From positions 1,617,796 through 1,681,795 of the forward strand of contig OZ253667.1 of NCBI GenBank assembly GCA_965263235.1: DNA of 64,000 nucleotides. The letters run 5' to 3'. This DNA is from Pseudomonadales bacterium (lineage in GTDB: Bacteria > Pseudomonadota > Gammaproteobacteria > Pseudomonadales > UBA7434). The notes under the pieces were generated by a model. It saw only the letters and a list, made by a program, of their open reading frames with translations, was not told where the DNA came from and made no database searches. The position numbers were made by a program, and so were the translations under genes. Position 1 is the stretch's first letter. Every line of letters begins with the position of its first letter. Of this stretch, positions 47,374 to 55,898 are shown in pieces.

Positions 47374-48144
47374 ATGATAAAACTATTCCCACAAAATTTG
47401 ATAACTACATTATGTTTAATCGCTGGTTTATCGCTGTCTGGGCAAATCAATGCCACACAAAGTGATCTGGATGCCGAGCTAAAAGAGTTGATTGCGTCGG
47501 TTGATGGCTCTGTTGCTGTACAAAAAAATGCCTTGAAATCTTTAACGTGGAAAGGTCGTTCGGACGTTCAGTTTTTTGATCTAATTGAGGACGCACTTTT
47601 GACTAGTTATCTGGACGTTTCTGGAGGCGAAGAATTAGACCTGGCGGCCTGGCAAGCAAAAGCGTTGAGCTTCTCGGGAAACGCTAAATACAACAAAACG
47701 CTTTCAGATGTCGCAGCTAATGCACCTAGCTCGAAGCTTAAAAGACATGCCGCAAATGCAGTATCTGATCTGCCGGACTTTGAAGCTTGGAATCCGGTCA
47801 TTAGTAAAGGGCTTGTGGATGCCCCTCAGGGCAAGCTAGATCAGCAGCGGGTTATTAATATGCTGCAAAGTGATCTACCTGCGCTGATGACAATCGGTGC
47901 CAAAAGGGTCTATCACAGACATTATTTAAATAAAAATGTAACTGATCAAGCTAACGATGTTTTGCTTTCTAACTATGTTAGCGCGAGCAAAGTTCAAATC
48001 GACGGCTTGTCCTGGATTTGTAAAGCTTTAGCCAGAACTGGTATTGAAGAATACAAAGTAACGCTTCAAACAGTAGCTACAGAATCAGAAAATAGGAAGT
48101 TGGCCAGATATGCAAAAAAATACGCCGCTAGGTTTGGTAACTAA
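47374..48144 (+). CDS. secreted hypothetical protein
   Basis: Signal peptide MIKLFPQNLITTLCLIAGLSLSGQINA. 256 aa and helical-looking, with no recognisable motif. Followed by a strong terminator. Confidence 0.5.
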   Translation: MIKLFPQNLITTLCLIAGLSLSGQINATQSDLDAELKELIASVDGSVAVQKNALKSLTWKGRSDVQFFDLIEDALLTSYLDVSGGEELDLAAWQAKALSFSGNAKYNKTLSDVAANAPSSKLKRHAANAVSDLPDFEAWNPVISKGLVDAPQGKLDQQRVINMLQSDLPALMTIGAKRVYHRHYLNKNVTDQANDVLLSNYVSASKVQIDGLSWICKALARTGIEEYKVTLQTVATESENRKLARYAKKYAARFGN

Positions 48145-48192
48145 AACTCCAAAGGTGATCAGAGTCGTTCTTGTTCTCAGCCACTTAGGGAA

Positions 48193-48216
48193 GCCCTGCA
48201 AAAACAGGGCTTTTTG
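48193..48216 (+). terminator. rho-independent terminator
   Basis: GCCCTG-CAAAAA-CAGGGC followed by TTTTT. Confidence 0.75.
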
Positions 48217-48553
48217 TGATGATCACTGCTTAGAGTAAACAGCGGGGCTTTCTTCGCATAATGTATATTATGTTAAATATGGTATATGGCTGAACAGTGA
48301 GTAATATTCGTAAACCCCTTTAGCGGATTTGATGGCTGCTTAGGTGCTTATCTGCTGTTACGTCATAACCAGCAATCTTTCCAATCAACTTCCTCTTTTT
48401 TCGAATGAAGGCGTGCCACTATCGTCGCTCTAGCTCACTGCGCCGCTATATGATTTGCGAATGCTTATTTTGGTATTCAATCCTGAAGTTATATTTATCG
48501 CCAGCTACTTGAATATTATGGGGTTTTTGAACAAAAGATTACCGGCGTAAGAG

Positions 48554-48582
48554 TTGACCAATGTGGTAAAGAACCGTATAGT
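48554..48582 (+). promoter_or_regulatory. sigma-70 promoter of tRNA-Arg with GC-rich discriminator
   Basis: TTGACC (48554-48559), a 17-nt spacer, then TATAGT (48577-48582), followed by TCGCGCCC. This is the typical layout of stringently controlled stable-RNA promoters. The tRNA starts ~25 nt after the expected TSS. Confidence 0.6.
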
Positions 48583-48614
48583 TCGCGCCCTCTTTATACA
48601 ACGAAGAGTATTTC

Positions 48615-48691
48615 GCGCTCGTAGCTCAGCTGGATAGAGTACCTGGCTACGAACCAGGCGGTCGGAGGTTCGAATCCTCCCGAGCGCGCCA
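48615..48691 (+). tRNA. tRNA-Arg (anticodon ACG)
   Basis: 77 nt. The acceptor stem GCGCTCG/CGAGCGC pairs perfectly. D-arm AGCTCAGCTGGATAGAGT, anticodon loop CT-ACG-AA, T-arm GGAGGTTCGAATCCTCC, encoded CCA. It resembles E. coli argV-type tRNA as I recall it. Confidence 0.95.
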
Positions 48692-48696
48692 TATCA

Positions 48697-48722
48697 AAAG
48701 CCCTCATTAGAGGGCTTTTTTA
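48697..48722 (+). terminator. rho-independent terminator after the tRNA
   Basis: GCCCTC-ATTA-GAGGGC followed by T6, preceded by an A-run. Confidence 0.8.
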
Positions 48723-49095
48723 TGCTCGTTACATAAGAAAAAGGCTCCCTTTTGGAAGCCTCTTTGTTTCAATGCTGTCAACATACGGCTGTCATTCCTG
48801 ATCCATAGCCACATAGTACTGTCCCGATCCTTCGCCTAGGCAAATACCGTTATCGTCAGAAACCAAAAAAATAGTCCTACCGCCAATAAATACAAACTTC
48901 GCTTAACCATATCACTTCCCGTCAATTCAACCGCTTCCAGCACCTTACGCCAGGCCGCATTTTATCCAGATATAGCTCAATATACAATCAATTGCTTGGT
49001 GTAGCGTTCTGAGCTGACCTCTAGCGCCCTTGTCGCTGGACCTCATTTTTCTCGCCAGCCGCCGCATAAGGTCAAATTTTCGTTATCATCGAGCT

Positions 49096-49998
49096 ATGTA
49101 TCCAAACGCAGTAGCTTATGCGATTCCTTTTTTCGTTGTCGCTATCATCACCGAAGCGGTTTTAATCAGGTATCGCAAGAAAAATCGCTATCACTATAAA
49201 GATGCGATCACTAGCATCAGTATGGGGCTCGGTAACCAGTTGGTTGGGCTGGTTGTAGCAACAGCTTTTATGCTCTGGTGTTACAACATTGTTTTTGAAG
49301 CCAGGCTTGTTAACGATATTCCAGCAAATGTATGGACAGTGCTGCTGTGTTTTGTGCTCGACGACTTTTGCTATTACTGGTTTCATCGCACCGCACATGA
49401 AAGGCGTTGGTTCTGGGCAAGCCATGTCGTTCACCACTCTTCGCAATTCTACAATCTGTCGACGGCGCTTCGACAAACCTGGACCGGCAAGCTAACGTTT
49501 TCTTTTATTTTCAATATGCCGCTGGTCTATATCGGCTTTCCGGTCGAGATGGTGGTTTTTGTTGCCGGTGTCAATTTGGTTTATCAGTTCTGGATTCATA
49601 CCGAACTTGTCGATTCACTTGGCCCTCTTGAAAAAGTATTTAACACGCCTAGTCACCACCGTGTTCATCATGCAACTAATCCGCGTTACTTAGATGCGAA
49701 CTACGCAGGCGTATTTATTGTTTGGGATAAGCTGTTTGGCACATTTGTCCCCGAACAAAAGCACGATAAACCAGAATACGGCATTATTAAAAATATCCAG
49801 ACTTTTAACCCCTTAACAGTTGCGTTACATGAATGGATTGCGATTTTGCTAGATATTAAAAGCGCTCGCTCAGTAAAAGAAGTTGTCGCCTACCTTTTTT
49901 CCGCACCTGGCTGGTCGCCGGATGGTTCGCGTGAAACCACAAAAACAATTAAAAACCGCTGGCACGAAGAGCAACAAAGGCAGCAGTTAAATAATTGA
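49096..49998 (+). CDS. fatty-acid hydroxylase / sterol desaturase-family membrane di-iron enzyme
   Basis: Three His boxes (HRTAHE, HVVHHSS, HHRVHH) and about 4 TM helices. The ATG at 49096 is preferred over the TTG at 49030. Confidence 0.8.
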   Translation: MYPNAVAYAIPFFVVAIITEAVLIRYRKKNRYHYKDAITSISMGLGNQLVGLVVATAFMLWCYNIVFEARLVNDIPANVWTVLLCFVLDDFCYYWFHRTAHERRWFWASHVVHHSSQFYNLSTALRQTWTGKLTFSFIFNMPLVYIGFPVEMVVFVAGVNLVYQFWIHTELVDSLGPLEKVFNTPSHHRVHHATNPRYLDANYAGVFIVWDKLFGTFVPEQKHDKPEYGIIKNIQTFNPLTVALHEWIAILLDIKSARSVKEVVAYLFSAPGWSPDGSRETTKTIKNRWHEEQQRQQLNN

Positions 49999-50070
49999 TT
50001 TAATTAGAACCGGCTGCTTTTAACTCTGTCTTAATTGATTTGGGGCTTAATTCGATGTACCGTACACCTT

Positions 50071-50352
50071 ATGGTATACAAAAGAGAGCAGCAACTTGAT
50101 GATGTTTTTTTTGCGTTGTCTCATCCCGTGCGACGCCGGATGATCAACCAATTAAGTGAAACAGACATGAGTGTTGCATCGCTCGCGTTGGAGCACGCAC
50201 TTTCCAAGGCACAAATTACCAAGCACGTGCATATCCTGGAAAGAAGTGGCCTTCTTGCGCGCTCGAAGGTTGGGCGGCAGCACAAGCTTTCGCTCCAACC
50301 AAATGGCTTGCAAAAAGTTGATGACTGGATTGAACACTTTCGTCACTTTTGA
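50071..50352 (+). CDS. ArsR/SmtB-family transcriptional regulator
   Basis: FFALSHPVRRRMINQL, then a wHTH segment (SKAQITKHVHILERSGLL). The ATG at 50071 is preferred. Confidence 0.8.
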   Translation: MVYKREQQLDDVFFALSHPVRRRMINQLSETDMSVASLALEHALSKAQITKHVHILERSGLLARSKVGRQHKLSLQPNGLQKVDDWIEHFRHF

Positions 50353-50421
50353 AATATAAGGTTCTACAACTTGCAACGGCAAATAGAAAATCAACAAAGC
50401 TAACGCTAGAGGAGTATTCTT

Positions 50422-50910
50422 ATGACTGCAACGACCCTCACTAGAAGAGAAAAAGATATTGAGCACAATAATGGATCAGAGCCCACGCTAAAAATTGTTA
50501 AGGTTTTTGGCTGCCCTCTGCAGACACTGTACGAAGCGTGGTTGAGGCCGGAAAGGCTTGAGCGATGGATGGGCGCCGAAGACGAGCGCATAGAAAATAT
50601 ATCGGTCGACGCGGTCGAAGGTGGTCTCTATCACATGGAATTCGTGATGCCCGATGGCTCAAGAGAGATGCTTAACGGTGAATACCTTAAAATTGATCCT
50701 TGCGATACACTTGAATTCAGCTGGGCCTGGGATCGATCTGACGATATTCCTGTGGCGCGAACCATCGTTAGCCTGGCATTTAAGCCTGTAAAGAGCGGCA
50801 CTGAATTAACGCTAATGCATACTCATTTTCGTGACCAGCGGCAACGCGATATGCATAGAAGTGGATGGGATCAATCTTTTGGCAAACTGGAAAGATATAT
50901 TTGTCGCTAA
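50422..50910 (+). CDS. SRPBCC (AHSA1/START-like) domain protein
   Basis: 162 aa. Pairing with ArsR is a common arrangement, and the W-rich pattern (YEAWLRPERLERWMG, FSWAW, GWDQSFGKLE) is typical of the AHSA1 family. Confidence 0.7.
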   Translation: MTATTLTRREKDIEHNNGSEPTLKIVKVFGCPLQTLYEAWLRPERLERWMGAEDERIENISVDAVEGGLYHMEFVMPDGSREMLNGEYLKIDPCDTLEFSWAWDRSDDIPVARTIVSLAFKPVKSGTELTLMHTHFRDQRQRDMHRSGWDQSFGKLERYICR

Positions 50911-50947
50911 ATTGCTTGCCGGGCAAAGCCTCTCATAAATACCTTCA

Positions 50948-50974
50948 CGCCAGCTCAACACTTATGAGCTGGCG
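50948..50974 (+). other. perfect 10-bp hairpin downstream of the SRPBCC gene (terminator-like, no U-tract)
   Basis: CGCCAGCTCA-ACACTTA-TGAGCTGGCG. Confidence 0.35.
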
Positions 50975-51345
50975 ATAGCAGCAGCGCGCAGCTGTTAGCT
51001 TCCATGCCCTAAACTCACCCTAACTGAGTGTGTGATCTAAGTCACTCCAGCCCTGTTCCGCCAGAAACTCGACGTGGAATCACCCTATTCCTTTTCTCAA
51101 AAACCCAACCAATACAGATGATTGCTGGCTCGAACTAGCTACTATTTGCCGAACGCACCAAATCGGTTTACCATCTGCACCCTTATGGATCTGAGCACTA
51201 ATTAAGGGCTATATATAACACTACCCGATACCCTTAATGATCAAAACAAGATCGTGCTTTTACGGAAAGGATCAGGAGCCTGTAACACGCTCATCAGATG
51301 TACCAAAAAAAATAGCTACAAACCAAGACCATCAGGAGAAACTGA

Positions 51346-52650
51346 ATGATCAATAACCAATTCTCTATCCGTCGCTTGGCGGTTGCGGGTTTCGCTGCCC
51401 TGCTGTCGTCCTTCGCTGGAGCGGAAAGCCTGGATCCCGCGAACACTGCCTGGATAATGACTTCAACAGCGCTTGTGCTCTTTATGACGCTGCCTGGGCT
51501 CGCATTGTTTTACGCAGGGCTGGTGCGCTCCAAAAACGTGCTATCGGTGTTAATGCAGTGTTTTAGTATTGCTTGTGTAGCGTCTATTGTCTGGTTTGTA
51601 GCGGGTTATAGCATTGCGTTCTCGGGCGATGGTGCCTACTTTGGCGACCTTAGCAAAGCTTTTTTAGTAGGCGTTGGAGAGGATAGCTTGTCTGGGGATT
51701 TACCCGAAAGCGTATTCCTGATGTTTCAAATGACTTTTGCAATCATTACGCCGGCGCTTGTTGTCGGTGGTTTTGCAGAGCGAATTAAGTTTTCTGCAGT
51801 AATCTGGTTTACGATCTTATGGCTGATTTTTGTTTATGCGCCCGTTTGCCACTGGGTTTGGGGTGGCGGCTGGCTCGGTGAGAAAGGTTTGCTAGATTTC
51901 GCTGGTGGGACGGTAGTACATATCACCGCAGGTGTTGCAGCATTGGTTGCCGCGTTAATGATTGGTCCGCGCCGAGGGTTTCCTACCCAGCCAATGCCCC
52001 CAGGTAATCTCACCCTTAGTATTGCAGGTGCCGGTATGCTTTGGGTCGGATGGTTTGGTTTTAATGGTGGTAGTGCGTTAGCTGCGAACGGTGATGCGGG
52101 CATGGCCATTCTGGTTACACATTTATCTGCCGCATGTGGCGCATTTACCTGGAGCATCATTGAATGGGTACGCCATGGCAAGCCTAGCGTTTTGGGTATC
52201 ATCACCGGCATGGTTGCTGGCCTGGGAACCATAACACCCGCGTCAGGATTTGTGGGCCCTGCCGGCGCAGTCGTGATTGGCGTAAGTGCTGGTCTCGTAT
52301 GTTACTTTGCAACGATGTTTATCAAACAGTCTTTGCGTATTGATGATTCGCTCGATGTTATGCCTGTGCACGGCGTGGGTGGCATCCTGGGTACACTTCT
52401 AGCAGCTGTATTCTGTAGCACTGGTATCGGCATCTTTAGTGGACAGGGTCCGGCTGGTGTGGACACCAGCATTGGTGCTCAATTCGGTGTTCAGTTAACC
52501 GGCGTGATTGCAACCATTGTCTATACCGCAGTGGTAACCGCAATTATATTTATGGTTATTAAAGCGATCGTGGGTCTGAGGGTTTCTGATGATGAAGAAA
52601 CCGAAGGTCTTGATATCGTTTCGCACGGCGAGCGTGGTTACGACATTTAA
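51346..52650 (+). CDS. amtB: ammonium transporter (Amt family)
   Basis: 434 aa. Signal peptide, 11 TM helices, and conserved DFAGGTVVHITAG and VHGVGGILGTLL (twin-His). Confidence 0.95.
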   Translation: MINNQFSIRRLAVAGFAALLSSFAGAESLDPANTAWIMTSTALVLFMTLPGLALFYAGLVRSKNVLSVLMQCFSIACVASIVWFVAGYSIAFSGDGAYFGDLSKAFLVGVGEDSLSGDLPESVFLMFQMTFAIITPALVVGGFAERIKFSAVIWFTILWLIFVYAPVCHWVWGGGWLGEKGLLDFAGGTVVHITAGVAALVAALMIGPRRGFPTQPMPPGNLTLSIAGAGMLWVGWFGFNGGSALAANGDAGMAILVTHLSAACGAFTWSIIEWVRHGKPSVLGIITGMVAGLGTITPASGFVGPAGAVVIGVSAGLVCYFATMFIKQSLRIDDSLDVMPVHGVGGILGTLLAAVFCSTGIGIFSGQGPAGVDTSIGAQFGVQLTGVIATIVYTAVVTAIIFMVIKAIVGLRVSDDEETEGLDIVSHGERGYDI

Positions 52651-52688
52651 ACGCGTTGCGCGAGTAAGTTTAATTGTCCCGCAAAAAA

Positions 52689-52712
52689 GGCTCCTGTTCA
52701 GGGGCCTTTTTT
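52689..52712 (+). terminator. rho-independent terminator of amtB
   Basis: GGCTCCT-GTTC-AGGGGCC (7 bp including one G-T pair) followed by T6. Confidence 0.75.
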
Positions 52713-52870
52713 ATAGGTGCGTATTTAGTAATAAAAATGTCTTACATAGCTTTTCACCGTACGCATACGCAACTGAAATTCAGACCTTGACCTTAAAAAC
52801 AACTACGCGTAGATTGAGTCACTGTCCTTTTCGAACAACGACGAGTCTAAACAAATTTAATAACGAGGTT

Positions 52871-53392
52871 ATGATGAGCTTAAACTTATATGAACTGAGT
52901 GTTCTAACGTCGCTACAGATTGTCAGCGCTTCAATTAATGTTCTGAATAAAGCCAAAGAACATTTGGGCGAAGAGAAATGTAATGAGCTGCTAACATATC
53001 AACTTGCTGAGGATATGTGGCCGCTAAGTCGTCAAATACAGTCGGTAAAACATCACTCATTGGGCTCGCTTGAAGGTATGCGACGTGGCGAATTTAATCC
53101 TCCGCCTGCCCTTCCCGAATTAGATTACAACGGCTTTATCAACCTTATTGAAGAAACTAAAAAGGAGTTAGAAGCAGTTTCAGCCGATGAGGTGAATGCG
53201 CTAGAAGATAAAAAAATGCTCTTTCGTATCGGTGATAACTTTGAGCTGCCATTTATTGCTCAGAACTTTGCGATTTCGTTTTCGATACCTAATTTAATGT
53301 TTCATGCAACGACTTTATACGATATGTTTCGTATTCAAGGTGTGCCTGTTGGTAAAACTGATTTTCTCGGCACTCCGCGAGTCGGACATTAA
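52871..53392 (+). CDS. DUF1993-family protein
   Basis: 173 aa starting MMSLNLYELSV, with GAGG 3 nt upstream. The C-terminal NLMFHATTLYDMFRIQGVPVGKTDFLG matches the DUF1993 pattern. The ORF-track extension back to 52589 overlaps amtB and its terminator. Confidence 0.75.
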   Translation: MMSLNLYELSVLTSLQIVSASINVLNKAKEHLGEEKCNELLTYQLAEDMWPLSRQIQSVKHHSLGSLEGMRRGEFNPPPALPELDYNGFINLIEETKKELEAVSADEVNALEDKKMLFRIGDNFELPFIAQNFAISFSIPNLMFHATTLYDMFRIQGVPVGKTDFLGTPRVGH

Positions 53393-53576
53393 TAAGTAGC
53401 CATTAGCGATTCGTTAGTTCGCCGCCGAAAACGCCATTTTCAACCTCGAAAGACCTTAATCTTTCCAAAAATTAATATTTAAACGGTTTGTATTTTTTTA
53501 GAGTGCGTAAAATATAAAATCAGAATTTATCTTCTACTATCACCTGTATAACGAATAAATTAAGTTAGGGTTAGAT

Positions 53577-54848
53577 ATGAACAATACGTTTGCAAAAGAT
53601 GTACCTGCCGACGCATTAGATTTCTCAGAGATTACTAATACAGACACGTTTAAATATGATCGTTGGCAAGCATTGTTTAAGAAGCTTCGCGATGAGGCGC
53701 CGGTGTATAAAAGTAGCGATCCAATGTTTGGCGAGTTTTGGTCGGTCACTCGACACAAAGATATTCAGTTTGTCGATACTAACGCAAAGCTGTTCTCTTC
53801 AGAGCCGACAATCTCCTTAGGTGATGACATTCGTGAAGATTTTTCACCCGAAGCCTTTATCACGATGGATGGCGAAAGACATCGTCAACAACGAAATGCT
53901 GTTAAGGGCATTGTAAGCCCCGCAAGCCTGGCTGATCTTGAGGGTGCACTGCGCGGTTTTGTAGCAGATATTCTCGACAACTTGCCTGTTGGTGAAGAGT
54001 TTAACTGGGTGGAGAAGGTCTCGATAGACTTAACCAGTCGAATGCTGGCGACACTGTTTGCTGTCCCGCAGGAAATGCGTCACCAGTTAATCTATTGGTC
54101 GACAATCGCTACATCAGGTGAAGAGATTTTTGGTGGCAACCAAACTGGTCTCGATCGCGAACAGCGCATTGCGGAGTTGATGGAATGCTTAGGCGTTTTT
54201 CAGGCGATTTGGCAAGAACGTGCCGAACGAGTAGCGCGAGGCGAACCTTACGGGTTTGATCTTATTTCGATGCTCATGCAAAACGAAGACACCAAGGACA
54301 TGATTAGTGACCCTATGACGCTTATGGGCAATGTGATGCTGCTTATCGTAGGCGGTAACGATACGACGCGTAATAGCATATCGGGAAGCGTATTGGCATT
54401 GCATAACAATCCTGGAGAGTTCCAGAAGGTAAAATCAGATTTTGGCCTCATTCCAAACATGTGCCAGGAAGCTATTCGTTGGCAAACGCCCGTTATTTAT
54501 ATGCGACGCACCGCTACCCAGGATGTTGAATTGGGCGGTAAGCTCATTCGCGAAGGCGACAAAGTGGTCATGTGGTATATCTCAGGTAACCGTGACGAAC
54601 GTGTTATCCAGGATCCTGATCGTTTTTGGGTGGATCGCCCCGACGCACACAGGCATATAAGTTTTGGCTTTGGTGTTCACCGTTGTATGGGCAAGCGTTT
54701 GGCAGAGCTTCAACTAAAAATTCTATGGGAAGAAATCCTTAAACGATTTGACAGAGTCGAAGTAACGGGCGAGGTGGAACGAGTAGAGTCGTTGTTTGTG
54801 AGGGGGATTTCCAATTTGCCTGTGGTATTGCACCCTAAGGCTTCTTGA
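53577..54848 (+). CDS. cytochrome P450, CYP153-like
   Basis: I-helix LLIVGGNDTTRNS, ExxR (EAIRW), and heme loop FGFGVHRCMGKRLAE. The N-terminal FGEFWSVTRHKDIQFVDTN resembles CYP153 alkane/terminal hydroxylases. Confidence 0.85.
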   Translation: MNNTFAKDVPADALDFSEITNTDTFKYDRWQALFKKLRDEAPVYKSSDPMFGEFWSVTRHKDIQFVDTNAKLFSSEPTISLGDDIREDFSPEAFITMDGERHRQQRNAVKGIVSPASLADLEGALRGFVADILDNLPVGEEFNWVEKVSIDLTSRMLATLFAVPQEMRHQLIYWSTIATSGEEIFGGNQTGLDREQRIAELMECLGVFQAIWQERAERVARGEPYGFDLISMLMQNEDTKDMISDPMTLMGNVMLLIVGGNDTTRNSISGSVLALHNNPGEFQKVKSDFGLIPNMCQEAIRWQTPVIYMRRTATQDVELGGKLIREGDKVVMWYISGNRDERVIQDPDRFWVDRPDAHRHISFGFGVHRCMGKRLAELQLKILWEEILKRFDRVEVTGEVERVESLFVRGISNLPVVLHPKAS

Positions 54849-54876
54849 ATTAAAAGATGAAAAATTCTAAGGAAAA

Positions 54877-54902
54877 AGCCCACCTTTTGGTGGGCTTTTT
54901 TC
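54877..54902. terminator. bidirectional rho-independent terminator
   Basis: AGCCCACC-TTTT-GGTGGGCT flanked by A5 upstream and T7 downstream. Lies between the convergent P450 and mmsB genes. Confidence 0.85.
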
Positions 54903-54950
54903 TTGCTTTCTATTGCTACTAACGCCTTTTATCTGTGGCGGGCCGCGAAC

Positions 54951-55841
54951 TTACTCGCTTTTAAACATTTCCAGTATTCCAGAAAAATCCTTCGCTTCAT
55001 TGCCTTTGCCGGCGTGCAAGGCATAAAGACTACGGGCCAGTGAACCCATTGGTACTGATGATTTACTCGCACCAGCCGCATCAATAGCCAAACCCAGATC
55101 CTTTAGCATAAGCATATTCATAAAACCGCCTTCATAATCACGCGATGCAGGCGTCCCATCCATCACTCCGGGATAAGGATTGTATTTTTCTAGTGACCAG
55201 TTACAGCCTGAGCTTTTTAACATGATTTCGGAAAGTGCGGCGGGGTCAAGCCCGTTATCGACACCAAGCTGTAGGGCTTCACAGGTACCGACCATATGTA
55301 CGGCTAATAGCATGTTATTGCATATCTTTGCAATTTGCCCTGCACCTGCTTCCCCTGCTCTAAAAATATTTGCGCCCATCGCTTCTAGCACAGGTTTTGC
55401 GGCATCACAATCGGCTTCTTTACCGCCACACATAAAGGCGAGCGTTCCTGCGGCGGCGGCGGCAACACCACCCGATACAGGCGCATCAATAGCGCGCACG
55501 CCGCGCTTTTCTGCTTCTGATATAAGACGCCGGGAATTGGAAGCGGCGACAGTCGAGCAGTCAATAACAAGTGCGCTTTTAGGCATAACATCTAACAGCG
55601 CATCACCATCGATATAAACACTCTCTACGATCGCGCCGTTAGGAAGCATAGAAACGATATAGTCAGCGCCGTCTACCGCTTTTACCGCGGTCTCGGCCGA
55701 GCTACAACCCGCCTCGACAGCCGAACTAAGTGCGGCCTCAGAAAGGTCGAAGGCCGTGACAGTAAAACCAGCCTTAACCAAATTGGCAGCCATGCCGCCG
55801 CCCATATTTCCCAAGCCGATAAAAGCTACTTTTTTAGCCAT
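54951..55841 (-). CDS. mmsB: 3-hydroxyisobutyrate dehydrogenase
   Basis: VAFIGLGNMGGGMAANL, and the beta-hydroxyacid dehydrogenase motifs DAPVSGG and KICNN. Confidence 0.9.
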   Translation of the reverse strand: MAKKVAFIGLGNMGGGMAANLVKAGFTVTAFDLSEAALSSAVEAGCSSAETAVKAVDGADYIVSMLPNGAIVESVYIDGDALLDVMPKSALVIDCSTVAASNSRRLISEAEKRGVRAIDAPVSGGVAAAAAGTLAFMCGGKEADCDAAKPVLEAMGANIFRAGEAGAGQIAKICNNMLLAVHMVGTCEALQLGVDNGLDPAALSEIMLKSSGCNWSLEKYNPYPGVMDGTPASRDYEGGFMNMLMLKDLGLAIDAAGASKSSVPMGSLARSLYALHAGKGNEAKDFSGILEMFKSE

Positions 55842-55898
55842 AGTTATATCTCGAAAATAATCTAATTAAACTGGTTCAACGTCAGTGATATTCAGGTA

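Noticed and set aside
48145-49095. Genomic-island integration at tRNA-Arg.
   Set aside because: No integrase, excisionase or transposase is present, and I found no recognisable direct repeat of the tRNA 3' end on either side. The genes downstream are ordinary metabolic and regulatory genes.
50911-51345. Sigma-54 promoter and NtrC sites upstream of amtB.
   Set aside because: Candidate GG...GC pairs have the wrong spacing (9 or 12 nt instead of 10). The GCACC repeats do not form the TGCACC-N5-GGTGCA palindrome. They are noted only as repeats.
52589-52870. N-terminal 94-codon extension of the DUF1993 ORF.
   Set aside because: It overlaps the 3' end of amtB and runs through the amtB terminator. 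The conserved DUF1993 sequence begins at the ATG at 52871, which has a GAGG RBS.
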